Source: the human T2T-CHM13v2.0 reference genome, Homo sapiens
Length of the DNA: 64,000 nt
Strand: one strand, 5' to 3'
Assembly (NCBI RefSeq): GCF_009914755.1
Contig: NC_060936.1
The translations under genes were made by a program, and so were the position numbers. Below, piece after piece: positions 16,982 through 31,938 of this stretch (position 1 is its first letter; the number at the start of each line of letters is the position of its first letter). The notes beneath the pieces were generated by a model. That model searched no databases. It had not been told where the DNA came from and was given only the letters and a program-made list of their open reading frames with translations.

Positions 16982-18199
16982 GATGAATCATTATCAGCAA
17001 AAGAAATGATTATGGTAGGTGACCTGCTCAGGGCTAATGGATAAATAGCTACATGTGACCAGGTGACATACAGCCCTGGAAGCTGGGCAAAGAAGTTCAG
17101 ACTTGATGTGGTGAGCAAGAAGAAGGCACTGTGAACACTCAAGTAGAATAAATGATGTTTTATGAATGTTAATCTGGAGAGTGGGTCCTGGCTGGTTAGG
17201 AGTAGGAAGAGACAAAGGAGGCAGAATGTCTAAACAGGTGACATGAAGTGAAAAATGACACCTGGAGGCAGGAATCAGAATGAAAGAGATTGAATGAATC
17301 CAAGAGAAACTAGGCTATCAGTAAGAAATTAGGTACTTGGAGGTGGGCTCAGACTATACTAAACTATTTCCCATATTCTTGTTAATTTGAAGAAATGTCT
17401 CACAAACTTACTTTAAAATTCATTAATAAGGCATCAATTACCAATTTTTATAATTATGTGTGACATGCAATCATATAAATGACTCACTTATGCAGGACTC
17501 TTCCTGTTCTTGGTATAATGTCAAAGGCTTAGATAGGAAAATCACAGTTTGGAAATCACAAAAAACTTCTTCATTGTAATGCGCTATTGGACTGACACAG
17601 CTGTCATCCCCAGCAACTATTATGCACTGAAGAAAGAAACTTACAAAATGACTCCAGAAGCCACCATCTAAAATAGAATGCCAAGATAACTCTAAAATAA
17701 TACTGAATAGTGGAATGTGAGGATAGAAGATATAGTCAAAACATCAAAAGATCCCATAATTTTCAGTGTCAAGTGAAGACATGTAGCAAAAAACCAGTCT
17801 GAAAAACAGGATGTCCAACATAATTTTTGACAACTTTTATATCTTATATGTAGTGACAAAATACCAGATGAGAGGTAAAATATTTAAAAATGTAGTAAGA
17901 AATCTATAGGAGGTGAGATGGATGGATGGCGATGAATATATAATTTTTTAAAGAGAAATGTGATAAGCATGCAGTTAACAAAACACTAAAGTAGGCCAAT
18001 ATACTTCCAGACATTCTAGATCCCTTATAGGAAAAGCTAGACAAGCCATGCTGTTATAAAATCCTAATATTATACTATGTTTATAAATATCTGAGGTGTT
18101 GCAAAACTCACTGAAGAACAAGAAGTTATCATCTGCCTGGCTGAGATACTGGGGCAAGGAGAAAGGGTACAGAAGTTAAATGAGAAAAAGTGGGTCGGG

Positions 18200-19576
18200 C
18201 AGAAGAATCCCTTCTTTAGCTTCAGGTCCCTTAAGCTACTTCCTTTTTCCATCCCTTTGTAGGCAAACACCTAGAAGAACTCTCTCTCCTTTCTCCAGGT
18301 TCATTTTTTTCCCTTAGACAATATTCAATGTACTCCAAACTGGCTTGTATCACCAACTTTGTACCAAAATCACTATTGCTGTCCTCAATGTCATCTGTGA
18401 GGTTCAACGCAAAGGACATCTTTCAGTCTTCATTTTTCTTGATCTCTCAGACACATCCTACTTTCTTCTTAAAATTCTCTCTTCTCTTGGCTTCTGTGAC
18501 ACCACCTGCTCTTCTCTCTCCTCCTACGTTTCAGCCATGAGTTTGCTATCGCCATCACCAAATAATCTTTTCTATAAAATGCTCAAATGTTGCTCAAAAC
18601 TCTCTAGACAATCCCTTCCGTCTCCTCAACTAACATTTAGATGCCAAAGAATTCCAAATTTTCTGTCTAACTTAAACTTCCCTTAATGCCAAATTGAAGT
18701 ATATTCAACTAGTTACTCACCTTAGATGTCCCATAGGCACTCCAAACCCATCATGATTTTCTCACTCAATCTGTTCCCTAAGTGAGCAGCACCAACATCT
18801 GCCTATTTATTAGTCCAGAAACCTGGGAATCAACCTCTAAACCTCTCTCCTCATCATCTACTACCAGCAATTAATCAAGACTGGCTGGTTTTACCTCACA
18901 AATGCTCTTAGATGCATCCACATCTCCACTTACATTTTTAAGACAAGCCCTCACTGGCTTTCGTCCATTGGTTTCCCTGCATCCAGCCTTTCTCCTGTTC
19001 ATCCTACAGCTGGAGTGATATGTTTAAAACACAAGTGTGATCACGAAACTTCTCATCTTAAAATCTTTAATTAGCTGTCCCTTGTTCTTAACATGAAACT
19101 CTTAATCTTTAGTGTGACCTTCAAGATCCTGCTTCTCATTATCAGTCTCACTGGGCACCTCTCCTGTGCTCTCTGCTACTGGCCTTCCTTTGGTTCTTAA
19201 AAAGTCCTTCTTTCTACCTGAAGGCCCTTAGATATGCTGATTTACCCATGTAAGAAATTCTCTTCTTTTCTACTCTTCCTTCTATGATTCCCTGACTTTT
19301 ACTTACCCTTCAGATTCCAGAATAAAACTCTTCTTGTTCAAGCAAAATTTTCCCTAACCCCACCACCCAGATCATATGCCCTATTAATCTATTTCTCTTT
19401 TAGAATAGTTGCCACATTTGCAATGAAATGTTCTTTGGTGTAATGAAATGGCATGTTAATTATCTTCTTCGCCTGACAGAATATTAGTCATGTATATCTA
19501 ATTTACTGCTTTATCCTTATCTCTAACCTTGCACAAAGTAAGTACTCAATAAATATTTATCAAATGAGTGAATGAA
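18200..19576 (+). mobile_element. L2 3' fragment(s)
   Basis: Pyrimidine-rich L2 body ending ...tactcaataaatatttatcaaatgagtgaatgaa. Confidence 0.65.
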
Positions 19577-20219
19577 CTCCAGTAGTTACCAGTGTTATGA
19601 TAACCATGATCAGGAAAACTATTAGTAAAAATCAATAGTCTCAATTACAGTCATATCATTAAGCAACCCCACAGATTTAGTAAATAAAATTGTATGTTAT
19701 TTGCAAACAATGGCTTGCTTATTTTTATGTATAATCACAAGTGTAATTTATTTAAGGACCAAATATATACCATGCAAAATTGCATTAAAAATGTTTAAAA
19801 AGGTGTTCCTTCTAAGAAGTCAAAACATCCTCAAAGTTAGCAACCATGCCATAATCAAAAGGAAAGCCATATTTGATAAGAATTATTCAAATCCTGAATA
19901 ATATTGTTATTTGGAATAAATAACAAAAGATATATTAGAAGTCCTTATATATAAAAAAATTCAAGATATCTTGAATTTGATGATATATGTTCAACAAATT
20001 TTTCCATCACTTTCTTATGTTTTGAAGATTATATATTTAAATGACAATTAGTATAAAGTTGTAAAACATCTGTCATTGTATAGTGCATTCAAGATGAAAA
20101 CAGCTGCCAACCTGTGCCACAGATTTTATCCAGAACACTTCCAGATAAAAACTGAGTGACTTGGTCTTTATGATTAGGCCAATTTTCAGTAAGCTGCATT
20201 AAACAAGTAAGGTAATCTA

Positions 20220-21090
20220 AATCTCTGGCCCCTTTCCTTAACTTCTTTCCTGTCTCAATGCCATCCATGTGTTTCTCAGATTCCAAATCTTGGCTCCTTT
20301 TGATCAATTCTACACCACAATAAACTAACTGCAAGTATTTTTGGCTCTACTTTCAAAACGTACTATGAATATACCTTACTCCTCTTCACTTCCTATAACT
20401 TTCCTTATCCAGGCCATCAACATCTTTACCTGGACTACTGCAATAGCCTTCCAACTCATCTCCAATTTCCACAGCTCCCCATCACTCCCAACACAATAGT
20501 TCATCTATCACACTGGAGCCAGAACTATCCTTTTCAATACAGGGCTGAGCATATCACTCTCCTCCTTGATGCAACTCTGAAATCCTTGCAAACTTTCCTA
20601 CATTACCTGGCCCCTGCCTAATTCTCCAACAGGATTTCCTTCTTTTGTCCGCTCCACTACGTTTTCCTTCATTTTGTTCCTAGAGCATTCTAAGCTCATT
20701 CCCACTTAGAGCCTTTCCACTTTTTATTCTTCTGGTTGAAGTGTTCTATCCAAGATTATTACATGGCTGTTTCCTCTCTTATCATCAAGTCTCAGGTTAC
20801 CACCACTCTCCCCTCACTCCCTGTCCCAGAGGTTGACCACTCTGAATAAATCCCCAGCCAATCTCTAACACATCATCCTGTTTCATTTTCTTCCTATTAA
20901 TTTTTACTACCCGAAATTGTCTTCTCTAGTTCTATAGTCACCCACTAATTCTGTCTTAGCTCCCAGAATGTAAAGCTCCTGAGCACGGGAAATTCTTAAG
21001 TCTTGTCCATCATTTACTCCACTTTACATCAAGCCTAGAAAAGTGTTCAGGATGCAGTAGGTGCTTACTAAATATTTATTACATGATCGA
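20220..21090 (+). mobile_element. L2 3' fragment
   Basis: cctggactactgcaatagccttc body motif; ends agtaggtgcttactaaatatttatt. Confidence 0.65.
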
Positions 21091-22414
21091 ATATACTTAG
21101 TAGCATCAAAAGCAGCTCAAAATTTAAAAAAAAGCAATAATCATATAAGTAAAATTCAAAACAAAGTATCACATGAATTTGTATCATGTAGTTTCATGTT
21201 ATACATATAAACTACCAGAGGGGCTTGTTACATGTTAGAAATCTCAAATATTATAATCAAAATACATTAGTTTCCTAAGAAAGTTTACCTCTATGTTATG
21301 TAAGGGTAAAAATCCATTTTTATGAAAAATCTTTTAAGATGAGGAATTTTAAATAAATCTGCATTATGAATGGGGAAGGGAAGCCATATTTCTTTTCTTC
21401 TGCAAAACTGGAATGATCCCTTTAGGACTGAATCAGTAGCATTTAAAGAAATATTTTAATCCAAAGGTCAATTTAAAAAATGAATAAGGATTTTTAAGAA
21501 AAAGAAAAAACTATTTAAGCTAAGGGAAACAACAGAAGTTGGTTTCCCGAGAGCCAACAAATCATCCTGCAGCTAAACAGAAGCTGTGTGTTTATACCTG
21601 AGGTTTTCCATCTCCACAGATCTATGACATATGCTTTTCATGTGGAGTGGGTAAGTTTAGAACTCTCCAAAACTTTCTCTGAATGCCCAAACACCTCTAA
21701 ATCAATGTTCTTATTTGTAGAACTCATTAGCTAGTTACACAATTAACAGGAATGATTCAAATCCATACCTCAGGGAAATCATAAATTACCACATCTCATG
21801 GACTTCGTCAGGAAGAGTCAAAGCCAGAGCATTTGCAAATGCCAAGAGTCCACTCACTGTATGTGGACAGTTTCCATGAGAGAATAAACTATCTTGGATA
21901 TTAGTTAAGATTTTTAAAAATTAACTAGAAAATGATTTACTCCACTGGAGCTATTTACTAAATACTACAGAGCATGAATACAACCACTTAGATTACTTAT
22001 AGTAGCAAACAGAAATAGCAGTAGGCACTTTATCTTCCTGTTAAGTGATTGCCTTTGTTACACAACACTGTCTGGAAAAATCTGACTACGATTCTAACTG
22101 CAAGCCACAGTAATCATGTCAATATGTGAGCTATCTGAATATCTAATTATGAAAAAAAAGAAGGCAATTTCACAGTGGAAGAATTGTTCTAATTCAAGAA
22201 ACCAGCCATATCAACTTATTAGTGTGACATATAGCAGATAGCTGAAAAACTTTAATTTGAAAGATAATTATTTTTAGCTGATTAATATGCTTCAAATTAA
22301 ATTCACTGCTTTTAATGGGCCCATCAACTTGACAACCTGGGAACTTAATAAATTTTGCATGCAGTAATCCTAGAAAATTTATACAGCTGAGCTACACATC
22401 ATTACAAGGATTAC

Positions 22415-22543
22415 CTTCACAGTAGGCATTATCCTCTCGAAGAGCCCTAAAACCATCTCGACAGCTACAAACAGCCCTGTCATTCAGATTTCTGCAGATG
22501 GAATTCTCCATGCAGTTATGCCTTTCAGAACAAAAGTCATAAC
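22415..22543 (-). CDS. NELL2: NELL2 internal coding exon (129 nt, phase 1 to 1; about exon 12), one EGF-like domain
   Basis: Acceptor tctttttttttctgtag|GT, donor GAAG|gtaatc; six-cysteine EGF pattern GYDFCSERHNCMENSICRNLNDRAVCSCRDGFRALREDNAYCE, contained in track ORF 22392..22595. Confidence 0.96.
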
Positions 22544-23424
22544 CTACAGAAAAAAAAAGAAATTTATTAAGGTAAATGAAACTATGACAATGCAAATTTT
22601 TCCTACTTAATATTTTCTTTAATTTTGAAGCTATGACTCCCTAAATAATTTTTTAATTAGTATCTTCATCAACATTTACAGAAGAATCACATGCTATGAG
22701 TACCAAAAACTTCTTCTTTATGTTTAACTCAATTAATTTCGATTTCAAGTTAACTCCATTTCTTTTGTGGTTTTTGACTTTATAAATGCTATCTAGTCCC
22801 TAATATTCTAATTATAACCCTCCATATATCTGAAAAAAAGAAATATTATTAGGGTACAAAATGAAGATTTATAATATAGAAGATAACACAATGAGAAGGT
22901 AATCTGGTAACTGGAGGTTCAACATTTTCAATACCTGTGGGTAAAACAAACCAAGCCAGATGAAATGTACCTATTGTGTATTTAAGAAATTAGACAGCTT
23001 AGCATCCAAAAAAAACAAAACCTTTCTAAATGTGTTAAAGTGAATATTAAATCACTTTAATCTAATTTTCTCTAGAAATCTGCAAGGCAAAGTATGCTCA
23101 CTCTAAAGAGGAAGAAAATTTTTAGGAATTATAGAGATTTCACAGATCTCAGAGTCTTTATAAGAGAAAAGAAAAATGGAACATTTTATAAATAGTGACA
23201 GCAATCATGTGCAATTTCTCAAGATCTCTTTTTGTGGCCTGAACCCCTTGTTCAAAGATCATCTAAGATGCTGAAATGAAATCTTCAAAACTGGAATCTA
23301 TATTTAATGGAAATTACATAATTATATATAATTCAACCAGTTTTAAATTACTTGATGTATGCTATCTATCTAGGTTTGCACTTTCTAATGGATTACTATT
23401 TTAGCCCATGTAAAGAAAGAAGGT

Positions 23425-23724
<300 letters not shown>

Positions 23725-25164
23725 CTAAAAAAGTATATTTCATGTATCTTAGAATAATCTGATCAACCTATAAGCAAGAAAAGACTTTTACTTGCGAAAA
23801 TCATATAGATGGAAGTACTATATTGGTTCATCTTATCTGTAATCAAATTGGTGTTCATTCGATTAGAATTCCAGAGTTAAAACATACTCCCTATTAATGC
23901 AACTATGATGTATAGTAAAATATTATTGGTACAACTTAATAACCCTTAAGAAGAGTAATGTTCCAAAAATGTAATAATACCATTAAAAAAGAATAGAAAA
24001 ATAATCAAATGACTCAGTGATTTCTACAAAAATAAAATAAAATCGAACATAGGTTTATTAAGTCCAGAAAAATATAGTCAATAACAGCATTTAAAATACT
24101 TGGCAACGTAGCTTCTTTTGACAAGAGTCTTCACAATCTAAACTGTCATGATTAAGGCTGTACATTTAAAAGTAAAATTCTTAAGAAGAGCAAAAGTTAA
24201 AAATGCTTTCTCCTAGGATCTTTTTATTTCCTTCTTCTTTAAATAGCTAAATTCAGATGATATTTCTTCAAATGTATTCCGCTGTCTTTTTATAATGCCT
24301 GAGGGAGAACAATTTCGGCTAAAAAGTCATCTTCACTATCTATCCCAATAGCTCAGCACATCAAACTAACTAAAAAGGCTTCAAAAACCACTTTATATTT
24401 ATTCTATATTAAAACAAAGTTACTAAAAAATAGCCTACTCCTTAAGATACACAGAGAATTAAGAAACAAAGCTCTAACACAGTGCTAAATTTCTGCATAA
24501 TTTTGCCTGTACTGTTTCAAACAACTTTCAGAGGACTGTGACTAAGAACGGATACCATTTCTGATACACCTTTTTTTCAAAACCTTCCTTCAACTTTTCA
24601 CTTGGTTGAATTTTCTCCTCTCCCATCTTGGACTCTGCCCAATATTATCTATGCCATATGTGATATGCCACCTCTATTATCATCCATTTTCAGTTCTGTT
24701 TCAGTAATGGTGAGACCTCTCATCTCAGCATTAAACATCTTGCACACATACACTATGTAGAGTTTAATTGCTGCAAGAATTTTCTCACTGTAAGATAACA
24801 GTGTGATCCAACTTTCACTGTTTTAGGTAAAAATTAGGAAGTGCCTTGCTTTTTATCAGATGGGTTTTTTTAAACACAAATACTTGAAAAATTAAAATTT
24901 CAGTCATTCGAATTCCAATTCTCTATAAACAATGTCAGCTATTTTGATTCATTCTTCCAACAGATAAGTTGATTGAACCTACTGGTTATTTTGCAAAATG
25001 CTAGGGTCAAAAAGCTAACAATTAATGGATGGAAAATTCAGACTTGATTTCGAGTGGGTTGCTTCTGATCTATAGGGAATAGCTTTAAACAAATCAGAGT
25101 ATGGGTTGGCAACATAATCCTATTATCTTCATAGTTGCATTTCCATTCATATGTGCTTGGCTAT

Positions 25165-25340
25165 TGGAGTTGGCAGGCCTGAGTTTACATCTGATCTCTG
25201 CCACTAACTTGCTGTGTAAATTACTAACTGTACATTAATTAACCTTTCTAAGCCTTCAGTTTTTCTCACCAATAAAAATTAGTATAATAACTACCTTGTA
25301 AAAATGTGAGGTTCCAATGAAATTATCTATGTAAAAGCAT
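25165..25340 (+). mobile_element. MIR fragment
   Basis: ctctgccactaacttgctgtgt...aacctttctaagccttcagtttttctca. Confidence 0.6.
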
Positions 25341-25839
25341 AATAATATATTATTCGTTAATAACTAAAGTTATTAGAGCACTACTAAGCTGAAATTAAAT
25401 ATGTTGAGATCCATAAAAGAAAATTCAAATATTTGTTATAGACAGATGGATGAACCAATTATCTAATACAACCTAGCCTTTCTTTGATTTCCTTCTTTAG
25501 GTTTTAACTTCAAGGATATTATGTTCTCTAATCCCTTTGCAAGCTTTACAAAATTACATAAAGTTCTATGTTTTTCTATCAAGTGTAGAACTTTTGGTAA
25601 AATATAAACATGCATTCTTATATAACTGGAAAAGAGGGGAGGATGGATACAAAAGATTATGTGTAAGTAGGAACAGTATATATATAATACATAATTATCA
25701 AGAGAAAGAGAATACAATAATTTTGTGGTGAATATTTATAGGTTTTGCCTAAAGGCATCTATTTCTTGTTTTTGTGGAAAAAAAGAATAACCTCGTTATC
25801 ACTCACCCCTACTTTCAGCCCAGATGCTTATAAGAAAAT

Positions 25840-26270
25840 GGACTCTACTCCTCCACAGGATAGAGTCACACCAGCCAATGCAGTCCACTGGCCTGGACAC
25901 AACAATTTCTTCAGGTCAGGGCATATTATCTACTTCAAGCTAATGAAGACCACTGAAACTCAATTCTGGGGGTTTTATTCAGTGTATGAGAATGCTGAGC
26001 TTTTTCTTCCACCTACTTGAATGGCATAATGATATGAGCGTAAGAATGTAGGGGTATAGCTGAGAACACATCGAGCCTCAAAATAAAGCTATCTCACAGG
26101 AGATAAACTGAGAGATGCATCAAGACAAAGGGACGAGATTTGAGAGCAGAATCAAGCTACACCTGAAGCCAATTTATCCTCTGCTTATTGGGCCTACATA
26201 TTCCATTTTTTTGCCATGAAACTTGAATTGGGTGTTCTATCACTTGTACATGAAAGAATATTAATTTAGG
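25840..26270 (+). mobile_element. Old MLT1 (J/K-like) LTR remnant
   Basis: 3' end ttgaattgggtgttctatcacttg resembles MLT1J/K; heavily diverged. Confidence 0.4.
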
Positions 26271-27815
26271 TGTTGTTTGCAAGATAATGGATTATCCTAG
26301 TGTTTCCTAAAGTGTAACTCATGTACGTGGATGAACATAAAAAAATACTAATACCAACGGATTTCTTTTAATGTGTATAAGAAATACACAAATCCAGCAA
26401 ATAATCCTATTATTTCATGGCTACCACCGCTTAGGAATAAAACTAAATCTTTTAAAAGTGAGTCGACTATAGTAGGTATTTAAAAATTAACTATATAATG
26501 GTATTAGTAACATATACATAGCACATAGCCAGAATCATGAAGGTGATAATTGAATAATATGGGAAACTATGGGTTATCCAGAAGTTTCCCAGGGAAAGGA
26601 GAACTGACACTAACTCAGCCTTCTGTATGTGGATGCCCCTATTGCTTATAATTATGAGTTGAGATGAAGTAAATAATAAATTAAGGAGGGCCATCTAGTC
26701 AATAAGCCTTAATGATCTTGCAGGCAGACAAAGTGGTTGCCAAGGAGGAGGAGAAGAACCAGAAGGACTGTGGATATAAAGGTTATCCACATTATTTCTT
26801 TATCTTTCTAAATCAGAATCCTCACTGAATCACTCAGTCTCTGTCATGTGGTAATCTGTTATAAGCTTCCTTGAAAGGGCTCTCTAATTTGAAAAAAGCG
26901 GAAAACTTTTCTGCTACATTTCTTCTGATCTGCTACTACAGAAGATGGCTAGCTACAGGGTACCTAGAACACAGTCTTGGGTGAATTTGATTTAGCGCCT
27001 ACCAATTTGGAGCCTGACTTCGGTGTGTAGCTTAGTTTCCAACCACTGGCTGAGCCTCTAGTGAAAAAGTCAACACTTCATCTCATGCTCTGCTCTCAGG
27101 GAATATTTACTAACTGTTGTCCAACAACTACTCTTTCAGATGTGAACACACCATCTTTAGCACTATACAAATAGGCCTGGAAACAGGAGGCCAATTTTAT
27201 CACAAATGAATTTGTCACAACATATCTTTAGGAGTTGACTAAAAATTTAAGCCTTGAAAACTTGACTTCTTTTAGTTTGAAAGTTAGAAAATGCCAGGAG
27301 AACACGTTTATTTCACATATTTGAATCGGAAATTAATGCAATCTTTATTAAAAATAGCGCTAAATATTTCAAGAAGGGCCAATCTGTCCAATTTCAGTTT
27401 GAGGATTATCTAAGCCAGTGGTTCACAATCCTAGCTGTGAAAAATAATTTATCAGGGATTTTTTAAAAATAGTAATGCCAAGGCCCCACTCCTATCAGTT
27501 ATATCAGAATCTCAGATGGAGGAAGTATTAGTCATGGTATAGTCTATCATTGTATTTTTAAGTATGCTATGTAAACACATTTTTTAACTGTAAATAATTT
27601 AAATATAACACAATTTTACTAGCATTTTCCATTTATTAACTTGCTTTTCATAATATATTAGGACTCTTTTAAAAAGAAATAGATGTAGTTAAGGTTTCTC
27701 TTGATATCTTAAAGGCCCTATTTCAGCTTTTTACCCAAATCTTATCCTACCCAACCTTGACTAACTTCTACGCTATTCATCTCTGTAATTTCTGTATAGC
27801 CCTTGGACACCTGCA

Positions 27816-28290
27816 GTGTCCATTAAAGATAGCCATTAAAAGTGGTCACAATTTTGCAGCACTCTTATCTATGGTGAGGTCTATTTCCCCTTCTCTTGAA
27901 TGTGGGCTGCCTGTGAGTGCTTTGCCCAATTGCATATGATAGAAGTGATGTGGTGCCAGTTCCAGACCTAGTATTTGAAGGCCTGAGTCACCACTTAAGA
28001 AGTCTGATGATTACCCTGCTGGAGAGACCATAGGAAGAAGTCCTTAGATTACGTAGAGAGGGAGGGAGTGCCAGCTGGCTCAGCCTTCTAACCATCCCTA
28101 CCCAAGGTAACCAACATGTAGTGAGGCCATCTTGAACCTCTCAGCCAAGCCCGGCTTCCAGCCCTACAGCATTGAATGACCCCAGTTAACACCATGTGGA
28201 GCACAAGAATCACCTAGCCAAGCCCTGTCTGAATTCCTGACCCACAATACTATTGCTTTAATCCACTGAGATTTGGAGCAGCAATAGATA
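27816..28290 (+). mobile_element. MLT1 (F/G/H-like) solo LTR
   Basis: gtctatttccccttctcttgaatgtgggctg...gaattcctgacccaca...ttgctttaatccactgagatttgg...gcagcaatagata. Confidence 0.75.
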
Positions 28291-28311
28291 GTTTTTTTGC
28301 AGAAATAGAGA

Positions 28312-28478
28312 ACTACTAAAAGTGTGGTCCTGCTTGCCATCAGCATTAGCATCACCTAGGAGCTTTTTTGTAGAAATTCAGATTCTTAGGCCTGACCCCA
28401 GACCTACTGAATCAGAATCTGCATTTTAATAAGATGCCTAAGTTAGTCATATGTATATTTAAGTTTAAGAAACACTGA
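28312..28478. mobile_element. MER5A1-like MITE
   Basis: agtgtggtcc...agcatcacctaggagc...cccagacctactgaatcagaatctgcattttaataagat. Confidence 0.75.
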
Positions 28479-29975
28479 TATGGCCTGCCTATGTTTGGAT
28501 GCCAAAGACACTCTAGTCAAGCTGCAAACTGGAGGACTGAATCCAAAGAGCATTCTTGATTCATATCAAATTGCACACATGCTTTGTGTAAGGCACTGAC
28601 TTAGGCACTGTGAGAGTGAAAACTCTTATGGTCCTTATTATATGTCTATGTGATCATAGTTCTTTTTAGAAGTGTTCTTTATTACTGCAGGTTACCCTGA
28701 AAGCTCCTCGAAAGGCAGACCATGTCTTAAACCATTTTGTAATTCCTAAAGAGCCTCACATAAAATGAGATTTAAAAACTATTGAGTGGATGGAAAAGTA
28801 ACTTAAAAACTAAAAACAAAACCAAACTGCACCACCCTGCTAAAAATGGGAGTGGGTGATCTAGGATCTATCAGATCCTATGTCCACTTTTAATAGAGTA
28901 AGTTAAAAGAAAACAAAATAGTGTATGTTTCATAATGTTTCTTTGTCTTACTTTTTCTATTTAAGCTTTGTTTTGCATCAATATAAAGGTCATTATTCAA
29001 ACAAGTACTAGTAGCTTATTTGGGGCAGTTTGTTATACAGCACCAATTACATCAGTTATAAGTACCAGCTACATTCCAGGTATCATACTAAGTATTAAGG
29101 ATATAGAGATGAACATAAAGACTCAGCCCTGCCCACAAGGTGCACTGTCTAATGTAGAAGATGGATTCATAAGCATATAATTCCCGTATAATACAGGAAG
29201 GCACATATAATTTCATGATTGGCAAGGATCTTAAAGAGTTCCATATAATCAATGCTTTAATTTAATACATGAATCTATAATAAGATACCTAGTTTAAAAA
29301 TCTTTAGTGATGGAAATTCACTGCCTTCTGGGGTGGCCTGTTGCATTTTTGAATAGCACAAATTTTAGTGTTTTCTTATCTTCAACTAATAATTGAAGTC
29401 CCTTCTAATTACTAGTTCTAGTTGTATCATATCAGAGGCAACACAGAACAAACAATGTATGTCTGATGGCCTCTCCATTCTCAGTAGTCCAGAAACCTAT
29501 GGGTGAGAATTGAGAGTAGAATCAAGAAGAAAGGGATTTGAAGTAGTCATAATGAAAAATATTCTAGGTAAGTTATAAAAAGAAGCTGAGGAGAAATGAA
29601 AAACAAACAAAACTCACTTGCCAAGAAACAGTAACTGCCAATAAAATAACTAACTCAATATTGTTGTGTAACTTTCTTTAGCAAAGCTGTACTGACTCCA
29701 AACCAGCACACAGAGAGAAATTTAGAGATCCAGAGCTTGAGACAGGTTCAAGACAACTTGCAGAAATGCACAGGAGCAGTTCAGTTTTAATTCAGTTCAG
29801 TAAATATTTCATGACTACCTACTGTGCTACTCTGTGCCAAATTAGGAGAGCATATAGGGAAATACTATTAGTCTATGGAAATAATTTGCTTATGAGAATT
29901 TCTACTTCATGTCAGTTGTACTAGCCTACTATAATAACTCTTGCACGTAAACCTTACTTTTCAAAAAAGTCTTAC

Positions 29976-30078
29976 CTTTACAAACTTTGCAACAGCTGTG
30001 AGACAAGGTTATCTGATGAGACTCTGGACAATCCAAAGCTGGACAGCCTGAACTCTCAACAAGTTTCATGGTCTGGTC
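29976..30078 (-). CDS. NELL2: NELL2 internal coding exon (103 nt, phase 0 to 1; about exon 11), C-terminal half of the vWC domain
   Basis: Acceptor cttttctgttgtctaacag|GAC, donor AAAG|gtaaga; translates DQTMKLVESSGCPALDCPESHQITLSHSCCKVCK(G) with the vWC CCxxC motif. Confidence 0.94.
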
Positions 30079-31377
30079 CTGTTAGACAACAGAAAAGAAG
30101 TGCTTCAAATTTTATCATTAGGACTTGTTAAGAAGTTTCCAGATCCAGCATCTGAGAAGACTCTTTTAAGATCAAGAAATTTTTGTCCTGAGGACCTCTG
30201 CACAGGTCATGGGCTCACTCCCAAAATGACATTAAATCCCAATTGGAAAGTCTTTAGAATAAGCAAGTCTTTAGAATAAGAATCAGCCACACTGATTCCA
30301 CCACACTGCAGCCATGTCTATAATTTGCCAAACATCTGGGTAATCCTGGAAAATTTTGCTAGTTTTACAACACATTTTGCAAGCCCAGATGACAATTGTG
30401 GCAAAGATACAGTTTGAATTATATCAACAGCTTTTGAAAAAAAACAGTAAATTAAAATTGAGCTTTCGAAACATTTCAGTTTTCTTATAAAGTTTTATTA
30501 TAAGGAGATTCTCACAGATGATTCTGGTAAGAAATATTGGATGTCTTCCACAAAACTACAGGGAAAATGAGGGCAGGATTCTTGTCTCTTGTAAATTAAT
30601 GTCTAGCACATTTTCAGGCACATAATTGGCACTTAAAAAATTTCTTGAATAAATGAATAAATCAATGTAAAATCACTGTAGTTCTTGCAGCCAAAAAGAT
30701 TAAACACTTCCCAAGGAGAAACCAAAATACAAAATACACTTCTGATAATTGAAGTATTCTTGCCTTAGGAGCAAACATTTGTTTTCTATACTGTCAGTCT
30801 CCAATGTCCTAAAAACAAGGATCATTAACTATGTTATATTATGCTAACCAATACATAAGTAATTAAATAACTCTTGGAACTTGCAAGCTTCCATGTTAAC
30901 TACTGCTCAATAGCTTAGATTTGTAGATTGAATTTCTGCAAGGAATGCTTTCATAGAAGAAGTGCACATTTCAATATCTGCCTTTTCCTGGCTCATTTAT
31001 GTAAAGGACCTTCTCCAAATCATAAGCTCTTGTCAAGAAGCTTGGCAGGAGGCATGTATACAGTGGAGTCAAACGCTAGTCTTCTTTTGGTTTAGTAGTA
31101 ATATCAGTTCTGGTAATCTGATTTTCTAAACCACAGTGTTTTTCTGTGTTACTATGAAAGTCACAGACCCCTAGGACTGCTAATATTTTCAAAAGGACAA
31201 AACTGACAATAAAAGAACAAACAGGGACTCGAATTGACAGCCCAGAAAATGGATGTGTGAGAGAGCTGTCAATTCTGCAACACAGTAAATACAGGAGCTA
31301 AGGGCCTTGAAGGGAAAAGAAACTGTGGAACACCTTAAAGTGAAGAATTTAGTACAAAAGCTTATGATGATCTGATA

Positions 31378-31620
31378 GAGCTGTGCTGTCCAATCAGTAG
31401 TCACTAGGTACATGTGGCTCTTTTACACTGTAATTGCAAAGTATGCAAGAGAGTTTGAAGACTTGGTGTAACAAAAGAATGTACAATATTTTATTAATAA
31501 ATTTAATATTGATTACATGTTGAAATGATGATATTTTGGATATATCGGGGAAAACAGAAAAAAACTAGTCCAATAAAAATTACGTTTGTGGCTTGCATCA
31601 TATTTCTATTGGATGGTGCA
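31378..31620. mobile_element. MER3/MER33 (hAT-Charlie) element
   Basis: gctgtccaat...attggatggtgc inverted termini; catgtggct and tttgtggcttgcat motifs. Confidence 0.65.
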
Positions 31621-31859
31621 GCATTAGAAGGTAGAAAATGGTGCCTTTTGTTTGAGCAAATAAAAGGTAACATTCACTCATTTATCTAAAATTTATGAGC
31701 ACCTGCTGTGTTGCCTCTATAAAGACTTCTAACTGAACCTATTTAAAATCAAATAATCTTATATAATAGCAAATTTAAAATCCAATAGGCAATTATACCA
31801 GTACATTTCTAAACCACAATTATCAGTATTATGAGACACATTCTGGTAAAATGAATAGG

Positions 31860-31861
<2 letters not shown>

Positions 31862-31924
<63 letters not shown>

Positions 31925-31938
31925 CAGAGAGAGAGAGA
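31862..31938 (+). repeat. Compound microsatellite (CA)n(GA)n
   Basis: About 16 CA units followed by an interrupted GA run. Confidence 0.95.

Noticed and set aside
30248-30280. 17-bp tandem duplication (aagtctttagaataag twice); similar 15-bp one at about 53113-53145
   Set aside because: Ordinary slippage duplications in AT-rich intron with no functional hint.
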